Source: an uncultured Pseudomonadota bacterium (lineage in GTDB: Bacteria; Pseudomonadota; Alphaproteobacteria; Rs-D84). Taken from it: a stretch of 59,860 nucleotides of DNA. The position numbers and the translations under genes were made by a program. The stretch is from contig CADAFS010000009.1 in assembly GCA_902787305.1 (NCBI GenBank), positions 1-59,860 of the forward strand, in the 5' to 3' direction. Under the pieces are notes generated by a model. The model saw nothing but the letters and a program-made list of their open reading frames with translations. It had not been told where the DNA came from and ran no database searches. This document shows, piece after piece, positions 10,451 through 19,293 of the stretch (the first letter of the stretch is position 1; the number at the start of each line of letters is the position of its first letter).

Positions 10451-11239
10451 ATGAAAAAAATTGCTTTGACTTCTTTATTGACTATTGCGATGGCGTCCGC
10501 CGCGCATGCAAGTGTGAATGTTATGGATGGAAATCCGCTGTATATGCCACGTGCGGGACATTTTTACAGTGAAACATCACTTGGTTCCAATTCCAAAACA
10601 ACGGAAAGTTGGGCGTTGGGTGAAAGTTTCGGTTATGGTATTACCGATAGATTCGCAATTGGTTTAACAACCGCGTTGGCCGAACACGATTCTTTTGATT
10701 TGTTCGGATGGGATGGTTTGTCGTTGGGTGCAGCATATCGTGTTTTGAAAAACGGTCATTGGGTTGCTGATTTGGTCGGATCATATAATGTTGATGGTTG
10801 GCTGTATGCGTATGATGAAAATGCCGATGATGGTTACTTTATGGAAAAAGAATTGTTGAACTATACATGGAAAGCCGGTATCCGTGGTGGCTATACGGTT
10901 GCGCGCTTTACCGTTGCGGGTCATGTGATGTTCAGTTATGAAAACAGTGAATCATTTAATTGGAACGAAGATGGCGCACATCGTCTTGCGTTCGGGTTGG
11001 ATGGTCAATATGTAATCAATCGCGATTGGAATTTGGTTGCGGGTATCGAATATTCTGGTCAGATTGATGACGGTGTGAAAAATACCGGTCGTTTGATTGG
11101 TGATTTTGGTATAAATTATAACATAAGTTCGTCATCGTATGTTGGCGCGTATGTTGCCGGCGAAATGTTGCATAAAACCGGTGATTGGAAATGGAATGAA
11201 GGCATGGGATTTGGTGTTAAATTCGGTGTCGATTTCTAA
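10451..11239 (+). CDS. Outer-membrane beta-barrel protein, paralog A
   Basis: Signal peptide, amphipathic strands, C-terminal KFGVDF BAM-type motif. Confidence 0.75.
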   Translation: MKKIALTSLLTIAMASAAHASVNVMDGNPLYMPRAGHFYSETSLGSNSKTTESWALGESFGYGITDRFAIGLTTALAEHDSFDLFGWDGLSLGAAYRVLKNGHWVADLVGSYNVDGWLYAYDENADDGYFMEKELLNYTWKAGIRGGYTVARFTVAGHVMFSYENSESFNWNEDGAHRLAFGLDGQYVINRDWNLVAGIEYSGQIDDGVKNTGRLIGDFGINYNISSSSYVGAYVAGEMLHKTGDWKWNEGMGFGVKFGVDF

Positions 11240-11409
11240 GGGTTTGATAGGTGATGTGCCCCGTATGATTTTGTATGGGGCACATTTGCTTTCTATGAAT
11301 AAAATCATTTTTTACTTGAAAGTATGATGGTTTTTAGGATAAAATGCATACAACTAGGATGGGAATGAATTTCTAGTTTCCAATTAACAAATAAAGGAAA
11401 GGAAAAAAA

Positions 11410-12207
11410 ATGAAAAAAATTGCTTTGACTTCTTTATTGACGGTTGTTGCGGCTTCTGCGGCACACGCGAGTATCAATGTTATCGATGGTAATCCATTGT
11501 ATATGCCGATGAAAGGGCACTTTTACAGTGAAACATCGTTGGAATCGAAAACAGATATGACCACGGCGGTTGAATTGGGTGAAGAATTTGGATACGGTAT
11601 TACTGATCGCTTGGCGGTAAGTGTTTCAACATCGGTTGCGGAAAATGATTGGTTTGAAGGTAATAGTTGGAATGAAATGGGAATTGATGCCACATATCGT
11701 CTGATTGGCGATGGCGCATGGAAGTTGGATGTTATGGGTGGTTTTGCTTTGAGTCCAATGTGGGGTGATCATAGTTCGTTCTTGGATAAAGATGATACAA
11801 AATATATGTGGGGTGCCGGCGTTCGTGGTGGTTATGTGAACAATGACTGGACAATTGCCGCACACGCAAACTTTATTTATCAAAATACCGAAGCATTTAA
11901 TTGGGGTAAAGAAGATGTGGACGGTTTGTGGAAAAATCATATGTTGAATTTGGGTGTTGCAGGTCATTGGACAATGAGTGATACCTGGAGTGCACTTGTG
12001 ACTGCGGATTATTTCAAATCGTTGGATCGTTACAATGATGCAGAATCGCATGGTTCTTGGGCGATTACCGCGGGTTTGAACTATAACATTGATACAACCA
12101 AGTATGTCGGTGTTTATGTCAGCAAAGATGTTGACCATAGAGCTGCTGGTTCATGGGTTGTTGAAGATGGTTTTGGTTTCGGTGCTAAATTCGGTATCGA
12201 TTTCTAA
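11410..12207 (+). CDS. Outer-membrane beta-barrel protein, paralog B
   Basis: Shares DGNPLYMP..GHFYSETSL, FGYGITDR and KFGIDF with paralog A. Confidence 0.75.
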   Translation: MKKIALTSLLTVVAASAAHASINVIDGNPLYMPMKGHFYSETSLESKTDMTTAVELGEEFGYGITDRLAVSVSTSVAENDWFEGNSWNEMGIDATYRLIGDGAWKLDVMGGFALSPMWGDHSSFLDKDDTKYMWGAGVRGGYVNNDWTIAAHANFIYQNTEAFNWGKEDVDGLWKNHMLNLGVAGHWTMSDTWSALVTADYFKSLDRYNDAESHGSWAITAGLNYNIDTTKYVGVYVSKDVDHRAAGSWVVEDGFGFGAKFGIDF

Positions 12208-12221
12208 TCGTTTGAATAAAC

Positions 12222-12254
12222 AAAAAACGCCGTCCGTTTGGACGGTGTTTTTTT
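12222..12254 (+). terminator. Rho-independent terminator
   Basis: cgccgtcc-gttt-ggacggtg followed by a T-run. Confidence 0.75.
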
Positions 12255-12446
12255 AGTGTAAGTGGCTAGTGTAAGTGGTTAGTATTGTTTGGAATTTGTT
12301 CGTGATTGTGAATTTATTCCAGAAAGCAAAGTTCCCCTCTAGAGAGGGGTGCCGGGTATCGGGCCCCGCAAAATTTGAAAAATTTTGTGGGTGATGTCCA
12401 CCCGGCGGGGGGTGGTTCACTAACCACTACCCACTAACACTTACAT
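12254..12446. repeat. Nested repeat: inverted TTAGTG(G)-like arrays enclosing a CCCCTC-type palindrome
   Basis: tagtgtaagtggctagtgtaagtggttag ... cactaaccactacccactaacacttaca. Confidence 0.7.
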
Positions 12447-12537
12447 TGTAAAAAATCATTGACATGGCGGATGGTTGTGCAACAATACGCTTGAACGAAT
12501 CGGGGGCCGGAGAGATTTAACAAACAAAGGAAAGAAA

Positions 12538-12933
12538 ATGCAAAAAATTTTGTCTTTTATGATTGTGGCCGGTGTGATTACGGGTTGTTCATACTATGAT
12601 TATTATCGTGGTGGCGTGCGCTATGTCCAACGCGGTGATAATTGTGTGTATTATTCGGAAGAATCTTCGGAAGAACAATTTTCAGAAAAGGTCGAAGAAT
12701 TCGATGACGAAAACCGTATCGTTTATAAAAATACCCGTTGCGAAGATTTGTTCGCACGTGATAATGCGGGTCGTATGGATCGTAACAAACGCCATGTCTT
12801 GGCGCCGGCGACGGTTGCAAACCGCAAGCCGAAACCCGTGGCGGTGGCAAAGCCGGTTGAAAAACCGTGCTGTGAATGCAAGGCGGAATTGGTTCCGGTT
12901 TCGGGTCAGTTTTTCGCGTTGACCGCAAAATAA
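12538..12933 (+). CDS. Putative lipoprotein
   Basis: MQKILSFMIVAGVITGC lipobox after AAAGGAAAG RBS. Confidence 0.7.
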   Translation: MQKILSFMIVAGVITGCSYYDYYRGGVRYVQRGDNCVYYSEESSEEQFSEKVEEFDDENRIVYKNTRCEDLFARDNAGRMDRNKRHVLAPATVANRKPKPVAVAKPVEKPCCECKAELVPVSGQFFALTAK

Positions 12934-13059
12934 GTTTTGTTTGTTGTTGGTTGCACCGCCCACCCCGGGCGGTGTTTTTTTTTAGTGGTTATTCCGTCAC
13001 GACCGTGGCGCGGTCATGCCGCGACGGATGTTAGTGATTTGTGGTTGGCGGTTAGTGCC

Positions 13060-13150
13060 GTCATACCGCCGCAGGGCGGGATCTTTGCGAAGTTTTAGAG
13101 AATTCTTCCGCAACTTGTTTGATGAGATACCGCATCAAGTGCGGTATGAC
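13060..13150. repeat. GTCAT-type REP doublet (MITE-like)
   Basis: gtcataccgccgcagggcgggatc ... gataccgcatcaagtgcggtatgac in inverted orientation. Confidence 0.75.
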
Positions 13151-13222
13151 AAAACTTTCCACTTTTTCATTTGAAACTGGGTTAAATTTGTGATAAAATT
13201 GTGGGAGAAAAGGAGATTTAGT

Positions 13223-13570
13223 ATGAAAAGTAAAATTTCAAAGTATTTTTTAATTGTGTCAACTTTTGTTATGGCGAATGTTCCGGCATTTGCGGCGGAT
13301 AATAGTGGGGCGTGTAAGCTGATTGAAAGTTTAAAACCGGTAATTCAAACATTACGAACACTTGCGTTTATTGGTGCGGCATTTGTTCTGATGGATTGGG
13401 CGTGGGGTTTTATTAAAAGTGGAAAAGTTGAAATGAAAGATATTGAAACAAAGGGAATCGGTATGTTTGTTGGGTTCTTCTTGTTGTTTGGTGTTGGTCT
13501 TATTTTGCAATTTGTTGGTTCCAATGCAGGGCAGGAGTATTTCGGTTGTGTCACGGGTGCATTGAAATAA
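13223..13570 (+). CDS. TrbC/VirB2-like pilin
   Basis: Signal peptide ending PAFA|A followed by two hydrophobic helices; ~115 aa; AGGAG RBS. Confidence 0.55.
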   Translation: MKSKISKYFLIVSTFVMANVPAFAADNSGACKLIESLKPVIQTLRTLAFIGAAFVLMDWAWGFIKSGKVEMKDIETKGIGMFVGFFLLFGVGLILQFVGSNAGQEYFGCVTGALK

Positions 13571-13616
13571 AAACCAAACAGAAAAAAAATTTAACGGCGC
13601 GTTTGCGCCGTTTTTT

Positions 13617-14522
13617 TTATCTTACTTTTTCATGAATGTATTTATTTATAAATGTTTGTTCGCGTTTTTCACGGTCGGCAATAACATTTTTTACTGGCGT
13701 AACAGAAAGGTTTTGTTTCGTGGAATCGTGTGCATCGGCAAAGTGCTTGCGAATAGAGAGCATTTCATTTCGTGAGATTGTATAAAGGTTGTTATATGTT
13801 TTATTTTGTGAATTGTTGTATCGGTTAACTATGTTTTCCAAAGCATTTGCGTATAGTGGTAATAATTTGTGGTTCATATAATCGGTAATATGAGAATAAT
13901 TCTGTAAATTGTTATCAGAATTGTATTCTTTTGGAAATAACCAGGTATATAGCAATATGTAAAATTTTCCAAATTGATAGTTTTGATTTATAAGGGTGCC
14001 AAGTATGCCATCGAGTTGTTTTTTGTATGTTTTTACCCGTTCGCGGGCATTGATTCGGGATATTTCGTTGACGCGTGCGACGATTGCGTTTGATTCTTGG
14101 TTTGGATACATAAAGTATTCTTGGTGAAAGGTTGTGTCGCGGTGTTTCCCAATTTCTTTCATGATTGCCCATGCGGCATAGCGGGATATTTCCGCCGTCA
14201 TACTTTCGGCGGTAACTTTGATTATGTGTATGTGATTATCAATAAGTTCAAATTTTTGCATTGGTAACATATCCATCGGTGCATATTCACGTAAAATGCC
14301 TCCGATGGTGGAACTGCTCTGATAATCTTTTGTTTCTAAATTTTTTACGGTCCCAAGGACATCGGTTAACAACCAAACGTCAGTTCCGGTATTTGCGGTG
14401 GTTGTTTGATTTGGTATTTTCTTTGGCCACAAAGATGGGGTTATATATTCACGCGCAATCGATTTTGTTTGTTTTGTGGAATTTAGTGTGTCGAAAATAT
14501 TTTGATATGAATAATCTTGCAT
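13617..14522 (-). CDS. Divergent DinD/BRO-like protein
   Basis: ISRYAAWAI, QEYF, RINARERV and ITDYMN resemble DinD motifs (LSRYACYLI, QTYF, ILDHMG). Confidence 0.5.
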   Translation of the reverse strand: MQDYSYQNIFDTLNSTKQTKSIAREYITPSLWPKKIPNQTTTANTGTDVWLLTDVLGTVKNLETKDYQSSSTIGGILREYAPMDMLPMQKFELIDNHIHIIKVTAESMTAEISRYAAWAIMKEIGKHRDTTFHQEYFMYPNQESNAIVARVNEISRINARERVKTYKKQLDGILGTLINQNYQFGKFYILLYTWLFPKEYNSDNNLQNYSHITDYMNHKLLPLYANALENIVNRYNNSQNKTYNNLYTISRNEMLSIRKHFADAHDSTKQNLSVTPVKNVIADREKREQTFINKYIHEKVR

Positions 14523-14528
14523 TTTCTT

Positions 14529-14756
14529 TTACCCCTTGTCTTCGTCCGTGTTCGCAATCGAAAACAGGACCGATGAAATAAGTGATTGATACGGAACATG
14601 ATGCGTGTCCGCAAGTTCTTTTAACTTGTCCAATATCGGACGTGGAATTCGCATATTTATAACCGCATCTGATTTATTAAAGGCGCGATATGCCGCATAT
14701 TCCCGGAGCAGGGATTCGATGTTCATCACAAAGAGTTGCTGCATCACATTTGGCAT
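14529..14756 (-). CDS. CopG/ribbon-helix-helix regulator (BrnA-like)
   Basis: INMRIPRPILDKLKELA..HHVPYQSLI. Confidence 0.75.
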   Translation of the reverse strand: MPNVMQQLFVMNIESLLREYAAYRAFNKSDAVINMRIPRPILDKLKELADTHHVPYQSLISSVLFSIANTDEDKG

Positions 14757-14788
14757 AAGATTTTATCCTATACAATATTCAATACTGT

Positions 14789-14834
14789 TGTATCCACAAG
14801 GCACTATACCAATGTATTTACAATTGTCAATACA
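14789..14834 (-). promoter_or_regulatory. Sigma70 promoter with repeated TGTRnnKACA operator-like boxes
   Basis: TTGACA-16nt-(TGn)TATAGT on the minus strand; boxes tgtattgaca, tgtaaataca, tgtggataca. Confidence 0.55.
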
Positions 14835-14916
14835 AATGTCTAGATCCTTGTGTTTACTGGGGTGTGGACGATTGTAGGGGCGTTTGTATCGTTGGCGAAA
14901 TTTGTATTTTGTGATC

Positions 14917-15441
14917 TAATGTCTGCGACGCAAGTTTTTGCATTCGCAAAAACTGGGTCCCGGCCTTCGCCGGGATGACGACGCTCTGGAATAATTGGAT
15001 AATTATTGAAATTTGTTTCTTTTGTTATAGCATGTTTTCTATGAAATCTGGTGGTTGTGTTTATATTATGACGAATAAACGAAATGGAACATTATATATT
15101 GGTTCCACTTCGGATATCGTTGGTCGTGTGTTTGAACATAAAACCAAAGTTTATCCCAACTGTTTTACCGCAAAACATAATCTTAATAAATTGGTCTATG
15201 TTGAATGGTATGATAGTTTGGAAAACATGGTTGCGCGTGAACGACAATTGAAGGAATGGAATCGTAATTGGAAAATAAGATTGATAGTAAAACAAAACCC
15301 AGGGTGGAAAGATTTGTATAATGATATATTGGCTGAATATGGTTTCGCACCGTTTTAAGTAATAATTCCAGATAATCGTCATCCCGCGGAAGCGCGGGAT
15401 CCAGTTTACGGCAACGCCGTAAACTTGCGTCGCAGACGATT
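14917..15441. mobile_element. GIY-YIG cassette bounded by ~60-80-bp structured inverted repeats
   Basis: 14921-14980 and 15377-15437 are reverse complements with compensatory hairpin changes. Confidence 0.7.
15041..15358 (+). CDS. GIY-YIG nuclease family protein
   Basis: CVYIMTNKRNGTLYIGST...FTAKHNLNKLVYVE...ARERQLKEWNRNWKIRLI...NPGWKDL. Confidence 0.92.
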   Translation: MKSGGCVYIMTNKRNGTLYIGSTSDIVGRVFEHKTKVYPNCFTAKHNLNKLVYVEWYDSLENMVARERQLKEWNRNWKIRLIVKQNPGWKDLYNDILAEYGFAPF

Positions 15442-15539
15442 AAATGTGTTGTATACTGAATTTTCCGTTTTGTCCGCTTGCACTTTTTTTATTTGTATCC
15501 TAGAATGCGGACGAAGATACTTAAAATAAGGAAGGAAAA

Positions 15540-16859
15540 ATGTTAAAACGAATTTTCGCGTTGGCGTTTGCCATACTGTCTTTTGTAAATGTTGCACATG
15601 CGGAATTAAAGGTTGATATCGTTGCGGGGGGAATGGAACCGACATCAATCGCCGTGCAAAAATTTGAACTGGCGGGTGGGGCGCCGGCGGCGGATGCGGC
15701 GACGATTCGCGATGTGGTAGAGGCCGACCTGAAACGCACCGGTTTTTTTCATATTGTAAATCACAATGCCTTTCCGGAATTTGTAAAGTTGGATAAAATG
15801 CCGTCGTTTAAATCTTGGGCGGCGATAAAGGCGCAAATTTTGGTGACATCGAAACTGACCAAGCAAAAAGATGGACGATATAAACTTGAATTCTTTGTGT
15901 GGGATATCGCGTCCCAAGAACAGATAGAAGCGCAAAGTTTGGTTGCGTCGAAAAAATCCGTGCGCAGACTTGGGCATATTATGGCGGATGCGATTTATGA
16001 ACGACTTACGGGCGAAGTTGGTTATTTCGACACGCAAATCGTCTTTATCGCCGAAACGGGGCCGATTGATAATCGCACAAAGCGTATGGCGATTATGGAC
16101 CAAGACGGATATGGGTTGCGTTATCTGTCCGACACAAAAACATTGGTTATGTCACCGCATTTTTCGCCGAATATGCAATCGGTGGTGTTCTTGTCATATT
16201 ATAATGATGACCCGATGGTTTGGATTTTGGATTTGAACACGGGCGCGCAACGGCGGCTTGGGAAGTTCGGCGGTATGAATTTTGCCCCGCGCTTTTCACC
16301 GGACGGGTCACATGTGGCGTTGTCTTTGGTAAAGGACGGAATTACACATATATATGAATACGATATTGAAAATAATTTGCTGCGCCAATTGACCAGTGGC
16401 AATTCAATAAACACCAGTCCGACGTATTCCCCCGACGGGCGCAAAATTGCCTTTAATTCCGACCGCAGCGGCAGCCAGCAAATTCACGTTTTGGATTTGA
16501 ATACATTGGCGGAAGAACGCATAACATATGGGGCGGGGCGGTATGCAACGCCGGCATGGTCACCGGACGGACAGTTTATCGCGTTCACGAAAATGGCGGA
16601 CGATACATTCTATGTCGGGGTGATGGACCCGCGCGGGAAAAATGAAAAAATTCTTGCCGGTGGTTGGTTTATGGAGGCCCCATCATGGGCGCCCGGTTCG
16701 CGCAGGTTGGTTTATTATGAAACGGAACGCACCGATGACGATATGGAACGCGTAAGCCATATTCGCAGTGTCGATATCACCGGCCAGAATTTATATGAAA
16801 TCGATTTGCCCGATGGTGTGAACGGTTTGGAACCAACCTGGTCGCCAAGGTTGCCGTGA
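15540..16859 (+). CDS. tolB: Tol-Pal beta-propeller protein TolB
   Basis: DAIYERLTGEVGYFDTQIVF, MDQDG, repeated P.(W/F/Y)SPDG blades. Confidence 0.93.
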   Translation: MLKRIFALAFAILSFVNVAHAELKVDIVAGGMEPTSIAVQKFELAGGAPAADAATIRDVVEADLKRTGFFHIVNHNAFPEFVKLDKMPSFKSWAAIKAQILVTSKLTKQKDGRYKLEFFVWDIASQEQIEAQSLVASKKSVRRLGHIMADAIYERLTGEVGYFDTQIVFIAETGPIDNRTKRMAIMDQDGYGLRYLSDTKTLVMSPHFSPNMQSVVFLSYYNDDPMVWILDLNTGAQRRLGKFGGMNFAPRFSPDGSHVALSLVKDGITHIYEYDIENNLLRQLTSGNSINTSPTYSPDGRKIAFNSDRSGSQQIHVLDLNTLAEERITYGAGRYATPAWSPDGQFIAFTKMADDTFYVGVMDPRGKNEKILAGGWFMEAPSWAPGSRRLVYYETERTDDDMERVSHIRSVDITGQNLYEIDLPDGVNGLEPTWSPRLP

Positions 16860-17272
16860 TGAAGTGGTTTTGTGTCCCCGTTTTGGTGTTTACCTGGGGC
16901 GCATCGGCGTTTGCCGTGCCGGCGCGGGTAGGGCACATTTTGGATGGTGACACTTTTTCTGCGGCGGTTAGTTTGGATGCGGATACGACCGTTTCGGTGC
17001 GTGTTCGGTTGCGTAATGTTGATACGCCGGAAATGAATGGCGATTGCGAATATGAACGGTCGCGCGCAATTGCGGCACGCGACCGACTTTCCGAAATAAT
17101 CCCCGTTGGGTCGATGGTGGAACTTAGTAATGTCAAAGATGACAAGTACCTTGGGCGGATTGATGCAAATGTGAAAAATGCGAACGGTGCCGATGTGGGC
17201 GAAATTTTAATTCGTGAAAAATTCGGTCGCAAATATAACGGCGGCCGGCGTAAACCGTGGTGTGGGAAATAA
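16856..17272 (+). CDS. Thermonuclease (SNase-like), secreted
   Basis: DGDT, VRLRNVDTPE, DKYLGR; signal peptide. Confidence 0.85.
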   Translation: MMKWFCVPVLVFTWGASAFAVPARVGHILDGDTFSAAVSLDADTTVSVRVRLRNVDTPEMNGDCEYERSRAIAARDRLSEIIPVGSMVELSNVKDDKYLGRIDANVKNANGADVGEILIREKFGRKYNGGRRKPWCGK

Positions 17273-17455
17273 TGTTATCCGTCTGTGCAAAGCACTATGG
17301 TGAGGCCGCAATATAGCTTTGCCCTGGCTTGGTGTAAGTGGTTGGTGAAATCGGGCGCGTTATGCACCCGTTGACATTTATAATGATAACATGGGCCTGC
17401 GCCACTTTGCATAGGTATGGATACCTTTGTGAAATTTGGGGCGTGCGATAACCAT

Positions 17456-17531
17456 GGGTGCATAGCTCAGTTGGTAGAGCAACTGACTCTTAATCAGTGG
17501 GTCTGGGGTTCGAGTCCCCATGCGCCCACCA
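17456..17531 (+). tRNA. tRNA-Lys(CTT)
   Basis: Cloverleaf; actga-ctCTTaa-tcagt; encoded CCA. Confidence 0.97.
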
Positions 17532-17780
17532 AAATTCAATCCGGCCGATGGCCGGATTTAATTTTGGTTTGGACAAGTTGGACGAGAACCCCATTGGGGT
17601 TCGACACGATAGCCGGTTTTGCAAGTGTTAACGCAGCGAAACCGTTGCGTGTGGAAGGGCCCCCATCACGGCACATTTATGTGACGGATGGGGATGTGCA
17701 ATCCCCATGCGCCCACCACAAATTTTCGTTAATAAAAAATCGTCATTTGGCGAATTTTTTATTTAAGAAAATTTAGTGCC
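17532..17780 (+). repeat. tRNA-linked element with duplicated tRNA-Lys 3' end
   Basis: tccccatgcgcccacca repeated at 17702-17718; shares ggttcgacacgatag with the tRNA-Pro element. Confidence 0.8.
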
Positions 17781-17852
17781 ACGCCGTAGCGTTTCGCGAA
17801 GGCGGGCAAAATTCCAGATAATTAAAATTTTTAGTGTCGCGCCGTTTTGCAA

Positions 17853-18953
17853 TTACTCTATACTCCAAAGCCAACAATGTTCGTCGGTGTGTGTATCACT
17901 GTCCCAACCGGCACATACCATTTTGTTTTGTTTTGTTTCAACAAATCCGGCGGTGGCAAGTTTTGTTGCATCGGTTTGCGCATTGTAGGCGTTCGCCGGG
18001 TCGTAAACCGCGCGTTCGCCAAATTCTTGGACACCGGTTTCGGCATTTACGCCGTTATACGTCACAACCGTGCCGGTCGTCCCCGTCGGCAATGCATTGT
18101 TCGTAATTTTAGAATTCAGTTCACTATACACATCCTTTAACAGTTCCAATGACACCAACGCACCCTTGATATAGTTTTGATTTGTGTTTGCGACATCACC
18201 GGTTCCACCAAAGTTTGATGTTTGATACTGTGCCAATGTTTTTGTTCCGTTAATATACAATATAACATTATCCGCGCCGGATCTTTTGGTAAGTGGTTGC
18301 GACCCACCCGCGGTGATATAACGCCGATTGACATCCCAATTGAACAACTCAATTGTTTGCCCACCAGTGGAGGCCATAGCATACGGATTTGTTGTGCTTG
18401 TCCATGCCGCCGGGAGTTTATCTTGTTTATTCACCAATCCTTCTGCCACGGCACGAACGGTCGGAACATAATTATCCATTTCTGGACCATATCCATTGCC
18501 ATCAGAATACGAGTCTAACGCCCCCTCATCATCCCAAATTGTTTGCACATCTAAAATACCTATCTTATTACCAACAAGTCCACTTGTAGAATCATATGTC
18601 GTAATCGCCGGCAACATTGTTTCGTCAGTAAACTCCACCAACCCGGTTATGATTTTGTCCTGTTTCGTATCGACATAGGCCTTAGATGCGACGGTTTTCT
18701 TGTCCAATTCGGTTGGTTCCGCAAATGATGGTGTGGCGACAAAAAGTGCAACAAGCGTGGCGAACCACACACCAAATTTGCGACACCCCGCCCTTGCGGG
18801 CACCCCTTTGGCCAGAGGGGAAATTGGACCGCGACAAGACGAGAGCAAAATTCTCCTCTGGCCAGAGGAGTCCGGCGTGGAACGCCGGGAGGTGTCGCCA
18901 ATAGCAAATAACGATTTATTTGCGGTATTAAAAATGTTGTTTATTTTTTTCAT
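17853..18953 (-). CDS. Secreted fibre/adhesin-like protein (family member 1)
   Basis: Signal peptide ending PSFA; TVASKAYVD, VPTVRAV and LATAGFV motifs resemble those of 36432 and 44588. Confidence 0.65.
   Translation of the reverse strand: MKKINNIFNTANKSLFAIGDTSRRSTPDSSGQRRILLSSCRGPISPLAKGVPARAGCRKFGVWFATLVALFVATPSFAEPTELDKKTVASKAYVDTKQDKIITGLVEFTDETMLPAITTYDSTSGLVGNKIGILDVQTIWDDEGALDSYSDGNGYGPEMDNYVPTVRAVAEGLVNKQDKLPAAWTSTTNPYAMASTGGQTIELFNWDVNRRYITAGGSQPLTKRSGADNVILYINGTKTLAQYQTSNFGGTGDVANTNQNYIKGALVSLELLKDVYSELNSKITNNALPTGTTGTVVTYNGVNAETGVQEFGERAVYDPANAYNAQTDATKLATAGFVETKQNKMVCAGWDSDTHTDEHCWLWSIE
18781..18897. repeat. CCCCTC-type palindromic element inserted in frame in the CDS
   Basis: cgacacc...cccctttggccagagggg ... 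ctcctctggccagaggag...ggtgtcg; 117 nt. Confidence 0.75.
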
Positions 18954-19095
18954 TGTGTCCTCTCCCTATTTTGTTTGTTGTTTTGTGTCCTTTGCCAGAG
19001 AAAGTGGCAACATTTCTGGAATACGAAAGACCACCTCCCCCTGCGGGTACTCCTCCACAGGAGGAGAACTAAAAAACGTCGCCAAATGGGACGTG

Positions 19096-19287
19096 TCGGG
19101 GTGTTGAGAAATCATCGTATCAGTGATTCCGTGGCCTTTTGCAAGTGCATTATAACCAACGGCACCCCAACAAGCGGGGGACAAACTATTACGGTGCAAA
19201 ACATTAGGAAAATCACAATGGATTGCGATGCTTTGCACCGGACACGATAGGCTTCTCACAGCCCCGAACCAGATTCCCATCTGATTC
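19096..19287 (-). ncRNA. Structured 5' leader resembling phage C4 antisense RNA with downstream target
   Basis: GNRA hairpin, GGC-TGTGAGAA-GCC loop, long third stem, complementary ttctcaacaccccga and gatacgat downstream. Confidence 0.5.
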
Positions 19288-19293
19288 AAGTTT

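Noticed and set aside
14765-14900. Degenerate BrnT-like toxin upstream of the RHH gene (PHPSKH...IGIVP)
   Set aside because: No start codon and only weak similarity; the same DNA is better explained as promoter plus operator.
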